A DNA stretch of 64,000 nt, taken from the NCBI GenBank assembly GCA_018968815.1, contig JAGWZL010000007.1, forward strand, positions 8,273 to 72,272, given 5' to 3'. The notes beneath the pieces are model-generated. The model saw nothing but the letters and a program-made list of their open reading frames with translations, was not told the origin of the DNA and did not search any database. This document shows, in pieces, positions 10,345 through 20,084 of the stretch; the first letter of the stretch is position 1; each line of letters opens with the position of its first letter. This stretch comes from Verrucomicrobiota bacterium (GTDB lineage Bacteria; Chlamydiota; Chlamydiia; Chlamydiales; SM23-39). A program made the translations under genes and the position numbers.

Positions 10345-11130
10345 TTGCTTTTCATCGTCGCAACCCCCATCGGTCATCGAGCCGATATCTCCCAAAGAGC
10401 CCTCGATGTCTTGCGCGCCTCTGATGCGATTCTTTGCGAAGATACGCGCCATAGCGCTAAACTCCTCGAACATTACGGCATTCGCAATCCACGCATCGCC
10501 TACCATAAATTCAATGAAAAAGAATCGCTCGAACACATTTTGCAGATGCTCCGCGAAGGAAAAAACCTAAGCCTCATTTCCGACGCAGGAACCCCTTGCA
10601 TCAATGACCCCGGCTCTATTCTCGTCAACGCTTGCAGAGAACAGGGAATTCCCATCAGCGCAATCCCAGGTCCTTGCAGCCTCATCCAAGCCCTCGTCCT
10701 GTCCGGCTTTGAGTCAAAACGGTTCCAGTTTGTCGGCTTTTTGCCCAAACCCGCCGGAAAAATACTCAAAGAAATGCTGGCCTTTCCAGGCACATCGATC
10801 GCCTTCGAAAGCCCAGAACGGCTCTGCGATACCCTAGCGCTCATCGACCCATCCCGAGAAGTAGCCGTTGCCAGAGAAATGACGAAAACCTTCGAAGAAT
10901 GCAGGCGCGGCCAAGCGCAAGATCTGCTCGCCCACTTCCAAACCCACCCACCCAAAGGCGAAATCGTCCTGCTCATCCGCCAAGGCCCTGTACCCGATGA
11001 CACAAGCCCCGAAGAACTTGTCTCCTTGCTCATGGAATACCTCGGCATGGACATGAAAGAGGCGATCAAACAAGCCGCAAAAATGAAAGGCATCAGCAAA
11101 AGAGAGATCTATAAAATAGTTCATAAGTAA
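10345..11130 (+). CDS. rsmI: 16S rRNA (cytidine1402-2'-O)-methyltransferase
   Basis: VATPIG, CEDTRHS, SDAGTPCINDPG, AREMTKTFEE and KGEIV motifs. Confidence 0.95.
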   Translation: MLFIVATPIGHRADISQRALDVLRASDAILCEDTRHSAKLLEHYGIRNPRIAYHKFNEKESLEHILQMLREGKNLSLISDAGTPCINDPGSILVNACREQGIPISAIPGPCSLIQALVLSGFESKRFQFVGFLPKPAGKILKEMLAFPGTSIAFESPERLCDTLALIDPSREVAVAREMTKTFEECRRGQAQDLLAHFQTHPPKGEIVLLIRQGPVPDDTSPEELVSLLMEYLGMDMKEAIKQAAKMKGISKREIYKIVHK

Positions 11131-11154
11131 CTTAAAATCATATACTTGAGCATT

Positions 11155-11195
11155 TCTTGGACAATAATGTAATTGGATTACATAATTGTCCAAGA
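11155..11195. promoter_or_regulatory. 19-bp inverted repeat (operator-like) just upstream of the AAA+/DUF4143 gene
   Basis: TCTTGGACAATAATGTAAT-tgg-ATTACATAATTGTCCAAGA, one mismatch; ends 6 nt before ATG 11202. Confidence 0.7.
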
Positions 11196-11201
11196 GGCCC
11201 C

Positions 11202-12386
11202 ATGTTTCTTGAGAGAAAGATATCCCCCCTATTGATGAGGTTGAGTCGGCAGTTTCCTGTATTAGGACTCTTAGGCCCCAGGCAATCGGGCAAAACAACC
11301 CTCGCTAAAGCCTTATTCCCTCACTACAAGTATGTCAACCTGGAAGAACTGGATACCCGCGAGTTTGCATCGAATGACCCCCGCAGATTTCTCAAAACCC
11401 TGGAAGGGAGTCCCGGCGTTATCCTCGATGAAATCCAGCGTGTCCCCGATCTATTATCCTACATTCAGGCCCATGTAGATGAATGGCAAAAACCGGGATT
11501 TTTTGTTCTCACTGGATCTGAAAATATCCTGCTGAATCATCACATCAGTCAAACATTAGCCGGCAGAATTGCTCTGACAACTTTACTTCCCTTGAGTTTA
11601 GAAGAATTGCACACGGCCCACTTGACACCCAAAGAACTCGATGAAATGTTATTTCGCGGATTTTATCCATCTTTATACGCAAAACACATTGAGACAAGAG
11701 ATTGGATCCAAAGTTATATCCAAACATATATTGAAAGAGACGTTCGAAATTTGAAACAAATTACAGATCTTTCTGTCTTTCAAAAATTTCTGCAACTATG
11801 CGCCGGGCGCATCGGACAGCTATTGGATTTAACTTCTATTGGCAATGATTGCGGAATCACTGCACATACAGTGCGTTCCTGGCTCTCTATTTTAGAAGCC
11901 ACTTATGTCATTTTCTTGCTGCATCCCCATCATAAGAATTTCAGCAAAAGGCTCATTAAAACGCCCAAACTCTACTTTTATGATTCGGCGATCGCTTGTC
12001 ACCTATTGTCCATCCAGTCTCCCCAAGATCTCGCAGCGCATTATTTGCGAGGGGGGCTTTTTGAGTCGATGATTCTCTCCGATTTGATGAAACAACGCTT
12101 CAATGCTGGCCATGTGCCCAATCTCTATTTTTGGCGCGACAAATCGGGTCATGAAGTAGATTGCATGATCGAACAGGGGACCCAACTCATTCCCATTGAG
12201 ATCAAATCGGGCGAAACTTTGAGCGCCGATTTTTTTGCAAACCTTGTGAAATGGAATCACCTTTCTGGCAATCCTCCTTCTCACAGTTACGTGATTTATG
12301 GCGGTCATGGCAAACAGATACGCTCTCAGGGAACAGCTCTTGGATGGACTGACATTGCACAAATCGATCTTTTCAGATATAAATGA
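11202..12386 (+). CDS. AAA_14-type ATPase with DUF4143 and a C-terminal PD-(D/E)xK nuclease-like motif
   Basis: Walker A GPRQSGKTT, Walker B ILDEIQ, LTGS, KTPKLYFYD, GGLFES, EVD...IPIEIK. Confidence 0.9.
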   Translation: MFLERKISPLLMRLSRQFPVLGLLGPRQSGKTTLAKALFPHYKYVNLEELDTREFASNDPRRFLKTLEGSPGVILDEIQRVPDLLSYIQAHVDEWQKPGFFVLTGSENILLNHHISQTLAGRIALTTLLPLSLEELHTAHLTPKELDEMLFRGFYPSLYAKHIETRDWIQSYIQTYIERDVRNLKQITDLSVFQKFLQLCAGRIGQLLDLTSIGNDCGITAHTVRSWLSILEATYVIFLLHPHHKNFSKRLIKTPKLYFYDSAIACHLLSIQSPQDLAAHYLRGGLFESMILSDLMKQRFNAGHVPNLYFWRDKSGHEVDCMIEQGTQLIPIEIKSGETLSADFFANLVKWNHLSGNPPSHSYVIYGGHGKQIRSQGTALGWTDIAQIDLFRYK

Positions 12387-12407
12387 CACTCAAATGTGAG
12401 GTCTGTT

Positions 12408-13985
12408 ATGAAGCCAAAAGAAATTCTGTTTGAAGAAGATGCACGCACCGCGTTACGCGATGGGATTGATGAACTGGCCAATGTGGTCGCGATGACTTTA
12501 GGACCCAAAGGGCGCAACGTCGGACTCGACACTTCTTGGGGATCGCCGACAATCACAAGCGATGGCAATAGCATCGCCAAAGATATTGAGCTCAAGGACA
12601 CATTCCGGAATATGGGCGCCTCTATGGCCAAAGAGGTAGCTGCCAAAATCAAAGAAAAATCGGGCGACGGCACCACAACCGGCATTGTCTTGCTCAGGGC
12701 CCTTGTGCAAGGCGGCATCAAAAACATCGCCTCAGGAGCCAATCCGATCGCCATTAAGCGGGGCATGGACAAAATGCTCGAGCAGCTGCTCAAAGAAATC
12801 GATGCGATGTCGTTAGAGGTGAAAAACAATCAAGACACGCAAAATATTGCGACCGTCAGCGCCTCCGGCAACAGAGAAGTGGGAGAAAAAATCGCCGCAT
12901 GCTTTGAAAAAGTGGGCCGGACAGGAATCGTGGCCATTGAAGAGGGAAAGGGCACCGAAACCCGCATTGAAATTGTCGACGGCATGCAGTTCGATCGGGG
13001 GTATCAAAGCGCCTATTTTGCAACAAATGCCGAAAAAATGATTGTCGAAATGGCCAACGCCTCTGTACTCATCACCGACAAGAAAATTATGTCGGCACAG
13101 GAAATTTTGCCCATTTTGCAACATGTCGCAACGACAGGTGCAGCATTGCTCATCATCGCAGAGGAGATCGAAGGGGACGCCCTATCGACTCTGGTCGTCA
13201 ACAAATTGAGAGGCACACTCAAAGTGGCCGCCATTAAGGCGCCCGGTTTTGGCGATCGGCGCAAAGCTTTACTCGAGGATATTGCCATTTTGACCGGCGC
13301 AACCGTTGTCACAGAAGAAAAAGGGCTCGTTTTGCGAGAAGCGGGATCCGATGTCTTAGGAAAAGCGGATCAGATTGTGGTCACCAAAGAGACCACAACT
13401 CTCGTGGGCGGCAAAGGCGCTCCAAAACAGATTACAGCGCGCATTGCGCAAATCGATGCGGAACTGCGCAACACAACCTCAAGTTACGATCGGGAAAAAC
13501 TCGAAGAGCGCAAAGCCAAATTGCAAGGCGGCGTGGCTCTCATTCAAGTAGGCGCCCCAACAGAATCTGAGATGAAAAAGAAAAAACAGATGTACGAAGA
13601 CAGCCTCAACTCAACCCGCGCCGCCTTAGAAGAGGGCGTTGTGCCCGGAGGAGGCGTCGCCTTATTCAGGGCAAGTCGAGCCTTAAAAATGGACCTGCCT
13701 AAAGAAGAGGCCATTGGAGCGCAACTTCTCCTCAAAGCCTGCGAGGCGCCTTTCAGACAAATTGTGATGAACGCAGGTTACGACGGCTCCATGATCCTCG
13801 AGGAAGCGCTCCAAAAAGGGAAAAGTTTTGGGTTCAATGCGGTCACTGAAAAAGTGGAGGACATGCTCAAATGCGGCGTCATCGACCCAGCCAAGGTCGT
13901 GAAAAATAGCCTCGCGCATGCCGTCTCCATGGCTGGAATCGTGCTTCTTTCAGAAGCCCTCATTGGGGACGCCAAGGAAGAGTAA
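12408..13985 (+). CDS. groEL: Chaperonin GroEL paralogue (position matches chlamydial groEL3; no adjacent groES, no GGM tail)
   Basis: TLGPKGRNV, GDGTTT, GMQFDRGY, KAPGFGDRRK and GVIDPAKV motifs. Confidence 0.95.
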   Translation: MKPKEILFEEDARTALRDGIDELANVVAMTLGPKGRNVGLDTSWGSPTITSDGNSIAKDIELKDTFRNMGASMAKEVAAKIKEKSGDGTTTGIVLLRALVQGGIKNIASGANPIAIKRGMDKMLEQLLKEIDAMSLEVKNNQDTQNIATVSASGNREVGEKIAACFEKVGRTGIVAIEEGKGTETRIEIVDGMQFDRGYQSAYFATNAEKMIVEMANASVLITDKKIMSAQEILPILQHVATTGAALLIIAEEIEGDALSTLVVNKLRGTLKVAAIKAPGFGDRRKALLEDIAILTGATVVTEEKGLVLREAGSDVLGKADQIVVTKETTTLVGGKGAPKQITARIAQIDAELRNTTSSYDREKLEERKAKLQGGVALIQVGAPTESEMKKKKQMYEDSLNSTRAALEEGVVPGGGVALFRASRALKMDLPKEEAIGAQLLLKACEAPFRQIVMNAGYDGSMILEEALQKGKSFGFNAVTEKVEDMLKCGVIDPAKVVKNSLAHAVSMAGIVLLSEALIGDAKEE

Positions 13986-14025
13986 GAAGTTGACGGCAAG
14001 CTCTTCTTTCCGATATGGGAGAGGG

Positions 14026-15753
14026 ATGCTGGGATGGTTTCTTTTTCTACCTTTGGCCGCTTTTTCTTCTCTGCTTGTGGAGGCCGATACTCTGGCCCAA
14101 AAGGTGTGTCTGGAGGTAGCGAAAGCGCCTCCCCCCTCTCTTGAGCCGCAAACGGCCGGGTGTCTGAAGATCTGCTCTGTTTGGTTTTCCATCGATCTTG
14201 CCTCTATTGAAGCCCCCGCGTTCGACACTTTGGCGCACGCCAAACTTTGGGACATTTTGCGCGACATCGGTGTGCAAGGGATCTACCTGCAAGGACTCAA
14301 AGCGGGTGGAGAATACCGCACAGCCATGGGGCTAGACCCCAAATGGGGCACGGAGTGGGAAGGGATGTCTGCGATGATGCGCAAAAAGGGGTTCATCCTG
14401 ATCGGCGATCGTTTTGGAACGGCCACAGGACTCACTCCCGATTTTGCCCTTGCTTTGAAAAATACGGAAGGGTACCGAGGCCTTTACCATCTAGTTGAAA
14501 TTAATCCAAAAGATTGGGGCAAACTCCCCAATGTGAGCAAAGGATTTGCCAATGTGCCTTGGCTCACCTTGCAAACCTTGCATAAGAAAGGGTATGTTCC
14601 CGAGCAATTTTCGCCCTATGTCAAAGAGAGCAGCTGGAATGCCACTCCTGTAATCCGGGGGGTCGACGGCAAAGAGCGCAGATGGATTTATCTCAAAGAA
14701 AATCAAAATGATCCGGTCATGAATTGGCTGGGCCCCTCTTTTGCGGGATGCCGCATTGCAACCGGAGATCTGCTCGATTCGATGTTGCATTTGGGTCAAA
14801 AGATCGGGGTTTTCCATGAACAAGCTGCGCAAGAATCTCTCCTCCTATGGACCCGCAAATTGGGCGGTTTTTCTGTTTTTGAAACAGATGGGGGCCTGTC
14901 CGAGTGGATGCATAACGGGGCCGATCTTTGGGTCGACCACTTTACCCGTCCTGCGCTTTTGCATGCGCTCATTGCGCAAGATGCGGAGGCGTTGAAATTG
15001 ATCTATCGCGTTTTTCTAGAGGCGAAAATCCCGATCAACCGGCTCGTTCACATGTTGCAACCCTATCATCATTTTGCTTGCGATTATGCGATTCTCTCTT
15101 CTAAAAAGCAGTTTCAATACTATGAAGAGATCTTAACGGGCGATGCGTTGAAAGCGCGGCTTTTGAAAGAAGATGCGGCCCAATTGCAAGGCAAAGATCC
15201 TGCGACCTGGCCCGCTCTTTGCATGGCGAGCGGCGCGCCTCGCGAGGAGGCTCTCCAAGCGCATCAGCTTCTGGCCCTCTTCTATGCCATGCAGCCTGGC
15301 GTATTTTCGTTTTCGGTCTCGGATGTATTGGGTCTGACTGCCGAGCAAGTTGTCAATCCGCTGCAACCCAATGAATGTTCTCTCTACGGTTCTTTGCCCG
15401 CGCAAATGCAGAACAGCTGTTCTTTCGCGCGCAAATTGCAACAGATCGTGTCAGCGCGGGTCCAATCTGGCATTGATGCAGCGGAGCTGATTGCAGTGCC
15501 TCGCACGCAACAAAAAGGGCTTCTCCTTTTGATTCACCGATTAAAAAACGGTTCTCTGCAGCTGCTCGCGGTGAATTTCGGTTCTCGTGAAGCGCAAGAG
15601 AGGCTTGAGCTGGCGCAGGTTCGGCAAACAAGCGCCATCAATCTCATGACGGGGTTGATCGAACCAAAACCTCTGGATGCGTCGATGTTTCAACTGATTG
15701 TCCCACCTTTGTCTGGAAAAGTAATTCTCTTCCAGCCAAAATATTTTGATTGA
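14026..15753 (+). CDS. Pseudomonas-type trehalose synthase (TreS, GH13) homologue with signal peptide, probably catalytically degenerate
   Basis: SVWF, GVQGI, GLYHLVEI, GVDGKERRWIYL, RKLGGFS, AMQPGVF and SLYGSL blocks match the P. stutzeri-type TreS as I recall it; hydrophobic N-terminus. Confidence 0.75.
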   Translation: MLGWFLFLPLAAFSSLLVEADTLAQKVCLEVAKAPPPSLEPQTAGCLKICSVWFSIDLASIEAPAFDTLAHAKLWDILRDIGVQGIYLQGLKAGGEYRTAMGLDPKWGTEWEGMSAMMRKKGFILIGDRFGTATGLTPDFALALKNTEGYRGLYHLVEINPKDWGKLPNVSKGFANVPWLTLQTLHKKGYVPEQFSPYVKESSWNATPVIRGVDGKERRWIYLKENQNDPVMNWLGPSFAGCRIATGDLLDSMLHLGQKIGVFHEQAAQESLLLWTRKLGGFSVFETDGGLSEWMHNGADLWVDHFTRPALLHALIAQDAEALKLIYRVFLEAKIPINRLVHMLQPYHHFACDYAILSSKKQFQYYEEILTGDALKARLLKEDAAQLQGKDPATWPALCMASGAPREEALQAHQLLALFYAMQPGVFSFSVSDVLGLTAEQVVNPLQPNECSLYGSLPAQMQNSCSFARKLQQIVSARVQSGIDAAELIAVPRTQQKGLLLLIHRLKNGSLQLLAVNFGSREAQERLELAQVRQTSAINLMTGLIEPKPLDASMFQLIVPPLSGKVILFQPKYFD

Positions 15754-16583
15754 TGCGTATTTGTGTTGTATGTTCTCCAGGCGTTGGCGACTTGGCGATT
15801 TTGCATATTGCCTCGCACCATTTGAAACAAGCGGGTCACGATGTGACCACCGTGTCGCCACACCGTTTTGGCAAGTGGCTGCAAGGCTATCAATTTGGCG
15901 ATCTGACCCCCTGCGACGCCATTTTTCTCCAATATGGCAATAACGATGCGTCCAAACGGATCCGGGAGGAACACCAAAACGTCTACACCTTTTTTGGCAG
16001 CCACAAACCAGAGAAACAGGGGCCCTTGAGGGGGGGATTTGATTTTGTAGCCGATTTAAATCGGACGATGGTGGACAACATCATCGCATGCCTGGCTGCG
16101 CTTTTTGGGATTCAGGCCTCTTCAGACAATGGGTTTCGTCCTCCGGATGGGCTGATCCACCGCCGTTTTGCGAAGCGGATCGCGATCCATGCCACGAGCG
16201 GAGATGTTTTCCGCAATTGGCCCCAAACGAAATTTCAAAAGTTTGCACAATGGGCTGCGGCGGAAGGCTTTGAGCCTGTTTTTCTGCCTCACTTTCCCTC
16301 CCTGGAGGAGCTTGCCTCCTTCATCTACGAATCGGGTTATTTTGTCGGCAACGATTCGGGTCCCGGGCATATCGCCTCCTGTCTCAAAATCCCCCATCTC
16401 ATCATCGGTCGCGAGGAGAGGCACATGCGTCATTGGAGGCCCGGCTGGGGCTATGGAGAGATTCTCACCCCTCCCAAATGGGTGCCGAATGGGAAGGGAT
16501 TTCGTTGGCGGGAAAAATATTGGAGCAAATTTATTTTTACAAAAGATGCCATTCGTGGTTTTAAGAAGGTAGGTGACCTATGA
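15753..16583 (+). CDS. Glycosyltransferase family 9 (heptosyltransferase-like)
   Basis: GVGDL, RNWP and FVGNDSGPGHIA motifs; start overlaps the upstream stop (TGATG). Confidence 0.85.
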   Translation: MRICVVCSPGVGDLAILHIASHHLKQAGHDVTTVSPHRFGKWLQGYQFGDLTPCDAIFLQYGNNDASKRIREEHQNVYTFFGSHKPEKQGPLRGGFDFVADLNRTMVDNIIACLAALFGIQASSDNGFRPPDGLIHRRFAKRIAIHATSGDVFRNWPQTKFQKFAQWAAAEGFEPVFLPHFPSLEELASFIYESGYFVGNDSGPGHIASCLKIPHLIIGREERHMRHWRPGWGYGEILTPPKWVPNGKGFRWREKYWSKFIFTKDAIRGFKKVGDL

Positions 16584-16876
16584 AAGATTTACCCCATCAT
16601 ATTAAGAAATTGAACCGGCGCATCATCCGATCGGCGCGTCGGGAAGAACAGGACACGGTGCTCCCCGATCTTCCTGTGTGGCCTGATAGCAAAGGCGAAA
16701 AGAGAAAAAAGCAAAAACGGGAGATGAAAGCAGAAAGGGAGGCTAGGACGCCCACAGGAAAAAGTGCGGAAGAGCGCAACCGGGAAATGAAAAAGGGGAG
16801 GGTCCCTGTCTTTGACCGGGAGAAAGCGGCGCCGAAACGGACCCGCGCCTCGAAGAAAAAACGTCCCCCAATTTAG
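16580..16876 (+). CDS. Small highly basic hypothetical protein
   Basis: 98-aa K/R-rich ORF translationally coupled (ATGA) to the GT9 gene. Confidence 0.7.
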   Translation: MKDLPHHIKKLNRRIIRSARREEQDTVLPDLPVWPDSKGEKRKKQKREMKAEREARTPTGKSAEERNREMKKGRVPVFDREKAAPKRTRASKKKRPPI

Positions 16877-16901
16877 CCTGCTGTGATATGATGGCGGGGC
16901 T

Positions 16902-17771
16902 ATGCGAATTGCCCAGATCGCCGATTTTCACTATACGCAGCTGACTTACAACCCTTTTCGGCTTTTGTCGAAGAGGCTGTTTGCCCATTTGAATTGGGTA
17001 TTTTGTCGCAAAAAGCATTTTTTTGAAACCCAAGTAGAGCCGTTGCCCAAGCTCTTTGAGGACTTAAAAGTCGATTGGGTGTTGATGGGGGGCGATTTTT
17101 CGACGACGGCCCTCTTAGAGGAATTTGAGAAGGCAAAAAGTCTGGTCGATCAGATCAAGCAGCCCTGGATTGCCATTCCGGGCAACCACGACCGCTATAC
17201 GCGAAAGAGCTGCCGGGAACTCCATTTTTATCGCTACTTTTCGATGCCGCATAAAACGATTGAAGCGCCCATTGATTTTTTCAACTTGAAAGATCACAGA
17301 ATTGAGGCGAAAAAGATGGGGAGCGGCTGGTGGGTCATCGCATTGGACACCGCGATCGCCACCAACCCCTGGTCCTCCGAAGGGCTGTTTTCCCACAAGT
17401 TAGAAAAGGCGCTAGAAGAGGTCATCAAGCTGATCCCCAAACAAGACTCGATCATCTTATTGAATCACTTCCCCTTCTTTTTAAACGACATCCAAAGACA
17501 CAACTTGATTCGCGGAGAGGCCCTCCAAAGCCTATTGGAGAAAAACCCACAGATTCGTCTCTATTTGCACGGGCACACGCACCGCCACACAGTGGCCGAT
17601 TTGCAGGCGAGCCAGTTGCCCATCGTGCTCGATAGCGGCAGCTGCGCGCAAGGGCGCAAAGGGGCCTGGAATCTGATCGATTTGGACGAGAAAGGATGCA
17701 CTGTCGCGACCTATCGATGGGATCATCGATGGACAAAAACACGCGTTGAGGAGTTTCAATGGAAGAGATAG
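16902..17771 (+). CDS. Calcineurin-like metallophosphoesterase (Icc/CpdA-like)
   Basis: DFH, GGDF, PGNHD and LHGHTH motifs. Confidence 0.92.
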   Translation: MRIAQIADFHYTQLTYNPFRLLSKRLFAHLNWVFCRKKHFFETQVEPLPKLFEDLKVDWVLMGGDFSTTALLEEFEKAKSLVDQIKQPWIAIPGNHDRYTRKSCRELHFYRYFSMPHKTIEAPIDFFNLKDHRIEAKKMGSGWWVIALDTAIATNPWSSEGLFSHKLEKALEEVIKLIPKQDSIILLNHFPFFLNDIQRHNLIRGEALQSLLEKNPQIRLYLHGHTHRHTVADLQASQLPIVLDSGSCAQGRKGAWNLIDLDEKGCTVATYRWDHRWTKTRVEEFQWKR

Positions 17772-18211
17772 GACCCCCTTGGTTTGAAGACGGACTCCGT
17801 TTTCAATGCACCGGTTGCGGAAAATGCTGCACAGGCTCCCCAGGTTATGTGTTTCTCTCTCCTCCCGACATCGAACGGCTCGCAGCCCACTTTTCGATGC
17901 CCCCAGAGGAGTTCATGCGCCAAAAGGTGCGCTATGTCGATGAACAATATGCCCTTTTGGATCGGCCGGGAACAGGCGATTGCCTATTCCTCGAAAATAA
18001 AAAATGCTCTGTCTACGAAGCAAGGCCGGTGCAATGCCGCACCTATCCGTGGTGGATCCAAAACTTGCGCGAACCCAATGATTGGCAAGAGGCGGCCAAA
18101 CACTGCGAAGGCATCAATCATCCAGATGCGCCGCTTGTGTCTTCTTTGCACATCCAAGAACAGTGCCTGACCTATTTGGACAATTTAATTCAGCAAAATT
18201 TTTGCAAGTGA
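17759..18211 (+). CDS. YkgJ family cysteine-cluster protein
   Basis: CTGCGKCC, CLFL and CSVYEARPVQCRTYPWW motifs. Confidence 0.92.
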   Translation: MEEIGPPWFEDGLRFQCTGCGKCCTGSPGYVFLSPPDIERLAAHFSMPPEEFMRQKVRYVDEQYALLDRPGTGDCLFLENKKCSVYEARPVQCRTYPWWIQNLREPNDWQEAAKHCEGINHPDAPLVSSLHIQEQCLTYLDNLIQQNFCK

Positions 18212-18382
18212 TACACAAATGCACTCAAAAGTTGGTTTTTGGCTCAAGCCGGACATCCGCATCTTTGGGGCCGCCTGCATCGCTCAACTTATTCAAGTTG
18301 AGCTGCTTCGGCGCCGCTTCGCTGCCCCAAACCTGCGGTGCCGGCTGTGCCAAATTCCCAACTTTTGAGTGCATTTGTGTAT
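18211..18382. mobile_element. MITE-like palindromic element, family A, copy 1
   Basis: Perfect 25-bp terminal inverted repeats (ATACACAAATGCACTCAAAAGTTGG) and an internal hairpin GCTCAACTT-attc-AAGTTGAGC; homologous inverted copy at 43841-44049. Confidence 0.85.
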
Positions 18383-18410
18383 AAATCGAAAGTCCCTCTA
18401 TACTGCGTGC

Positions 18411-20084
18411 ATGCCCACAAGCATTCACGAGAGAATCCAAAGTTGGCTGAAAGGCCCTTATGACCCAGAGATGAAGGCGGAGATACGTCGCCTTCTCGAA
18501 GTGGATCCCAACAGTTTGCAAGACGCGTTTTTTAAAGATCTCTCTTTCGGCACGGGCGGCATGCGCGGCGTGATGGGGATCGGCACGAATCGGATGAATA
18601 TCTACACGATTCGCAGAGCCACCCAAGGGCTTGCCAACACGATCCGAAAACAACCGGGCGAAGGCCATCGGGTCTTTATCGGCTACGATGTGCGCAACCA
18701 TTCCCGCGAATTTGCCGAAGAGGCGGCCCGCGTCCTTTCAGGCAACAATATTGAAGTGCTTCTTTCCAAAGACATCTGCCCGACTCCCCTCGTCTCTTTT
18801 GCCTGCAGATATTTTCATTGCACCGCGGCAATCATGATTACCGCCTCGCACAATCCCCCCCAGTATAATGGCTATAAAGTGTATTGGTCTGATGGGTGCC
18901 AAGTCGTGCCTCCCCACGATGCCGAAATCATGAAAGAGGTGGAGCAAATCAAGTCGCCCGCGCAAGTTGTTTTGGGCAATGCGTTTGAAGAGGTCGGATC
19001 TGAGATCGATGATGTCTATTTAGAGCATTTGAAACAGTTGCAGATGCTGCCTGCCATGGCGAGCGTTCCTCTACACATCGTCTATAGTAATTTGCATGGA
19101 ACAGGAATCCGCCTGGTCCCAAAGGCCCTGAAGACATGGGGATATACGCATGTGCATTTGGTGAAAGAGCAGCAATCGCTCGACGGGAATTTTCCCAACG
19201 CCCCTTCGCCGAATCCGGAAGAGGAAAAAGCGATGCAATTAGGCATGGCGCAGCTGATGCGAGAAAAGGGGGATCTGTTCATCGCCACCGATCCCGATGC
19301 CGATCGGATTGGGCTTGCTGTGGGAAAAACCCGCTTCAATGGGAATCAGATCGGCTGTCTTTGTCTGCATCACATCTGCAAAACGCTTCGCGACAAAGGA
19401 GAATTTCCCGAAAATGGCGCTTTCGTCAAATCCATTGTGACCACCGAGCTGTTCCGCAAAATCGCCGAATCTTTCGGAGGGAAATGCATCGATGTGTTAA
19501 CGGGGTTTAAATATATCGGCGAGCAGATCGGCATCTGGGAAAAGGCATTTGATAGTTATCAATATCTTTTTGGCGCCGAAGAATCCTATGGCTATCTGTT
19601 TGGCACTTTTGTGCGCGATAAAGATGCCGTTTCTGCGGCGTGTCTCATTGCAGAAATGGCAGCTTCCGCCAAGAGCCAAGGCAAAACGCTCGTCGATATT
19701 TTGCACGCCCTGTATGCCGAATTTGGGATCCATCTCCAATCGCTGACGAGTCTCTCTTTTCCCGATAGCCAAGCGGGTATGGATGAGACGAATGCCCTCA
19801 TGCGCACATTGCGCACAACGCCTCCCCAAGAAATCGGAGGCCAGGCGGTCGTTTTGCGAGAGGATTTCCTGCCCGGATTGCATCATCTGCCCCCTTCCGA
19901 CGTATTGCGGTTCTGGCTCAAAGATCAAAGTAAACTGGTGATCCGCCCATCTGGCACAGAGCCTAAAGTGAAAATTTACGCGGAGGCCGTGGGCGTCGAA
20001 CGTGAATCCGAGGAACAAGTCGATGCGCGACTCAAAGCATTGGTCGAATCGTTCAAAAACGGCATTGGTTACGGGCGCAAGTAG
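18411..20084 (+). CDS. pgm: Phosphoglucomutase/phosphomannomutase
   Basis: FGTGGMRG, ITASHNP, DPDADR, EESYG and IRPSGTEPK motifs. Confidence 0.93.
   Translation: MPTSIHERIQSWLKGPYDPEMKAEIRRLLEVDPNSLQDAFFKDLSFGTGGMRGVMGIGTNRMNIYTIRRATQGLANTIRKQPGEGHRVFIGYDVRNHSREFAEEAARVLSGNNIEVLLSKDICPTPLVSFACRYFHCTAAIMITASHNPPQYNGYKVYWSDGCQVVPPHDAEIMKEVEQIKSPAQVVLGNAFEEVGSEIDDVYLEHLKQLQMLPAMASVPLHIVYSNLHGTGIRLVPKALKTWGYTHVHLVKEQQSLDGNFPNAPSPNPEEEKAMQLGMAQLMREKGDLFIATDPDADRIGLAVGKTRFNGNQIGCLCLHHICKTLRDKGEFPENGAFVKSIVTTELFRKIAESFGGKCIDVLTGFKYIGEQIGIWEKAFDSYQYLFGAEESYGYLFGTFVRDKDAVSAACLIAEMAASAKSQGKTLVDILHALYAEFGIHLQSLTSLSFPDSQAGMDETNALMRTLRTTPPQEIGGQAVVLREDFLPGLHHLPPSDVLRFWLKDQSKLVIRPSGTEPKVKIYAEAVGVERESEEQVDARLKALVESFKNGIGYGRK

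Noticed and set aside
20023-20084. 62-nt overlap of pgm and the SDR gene as a possible frameshift fusion
   Set aside because: Both proteins look complete and no slippery site is evident; more likely start/stop drift.
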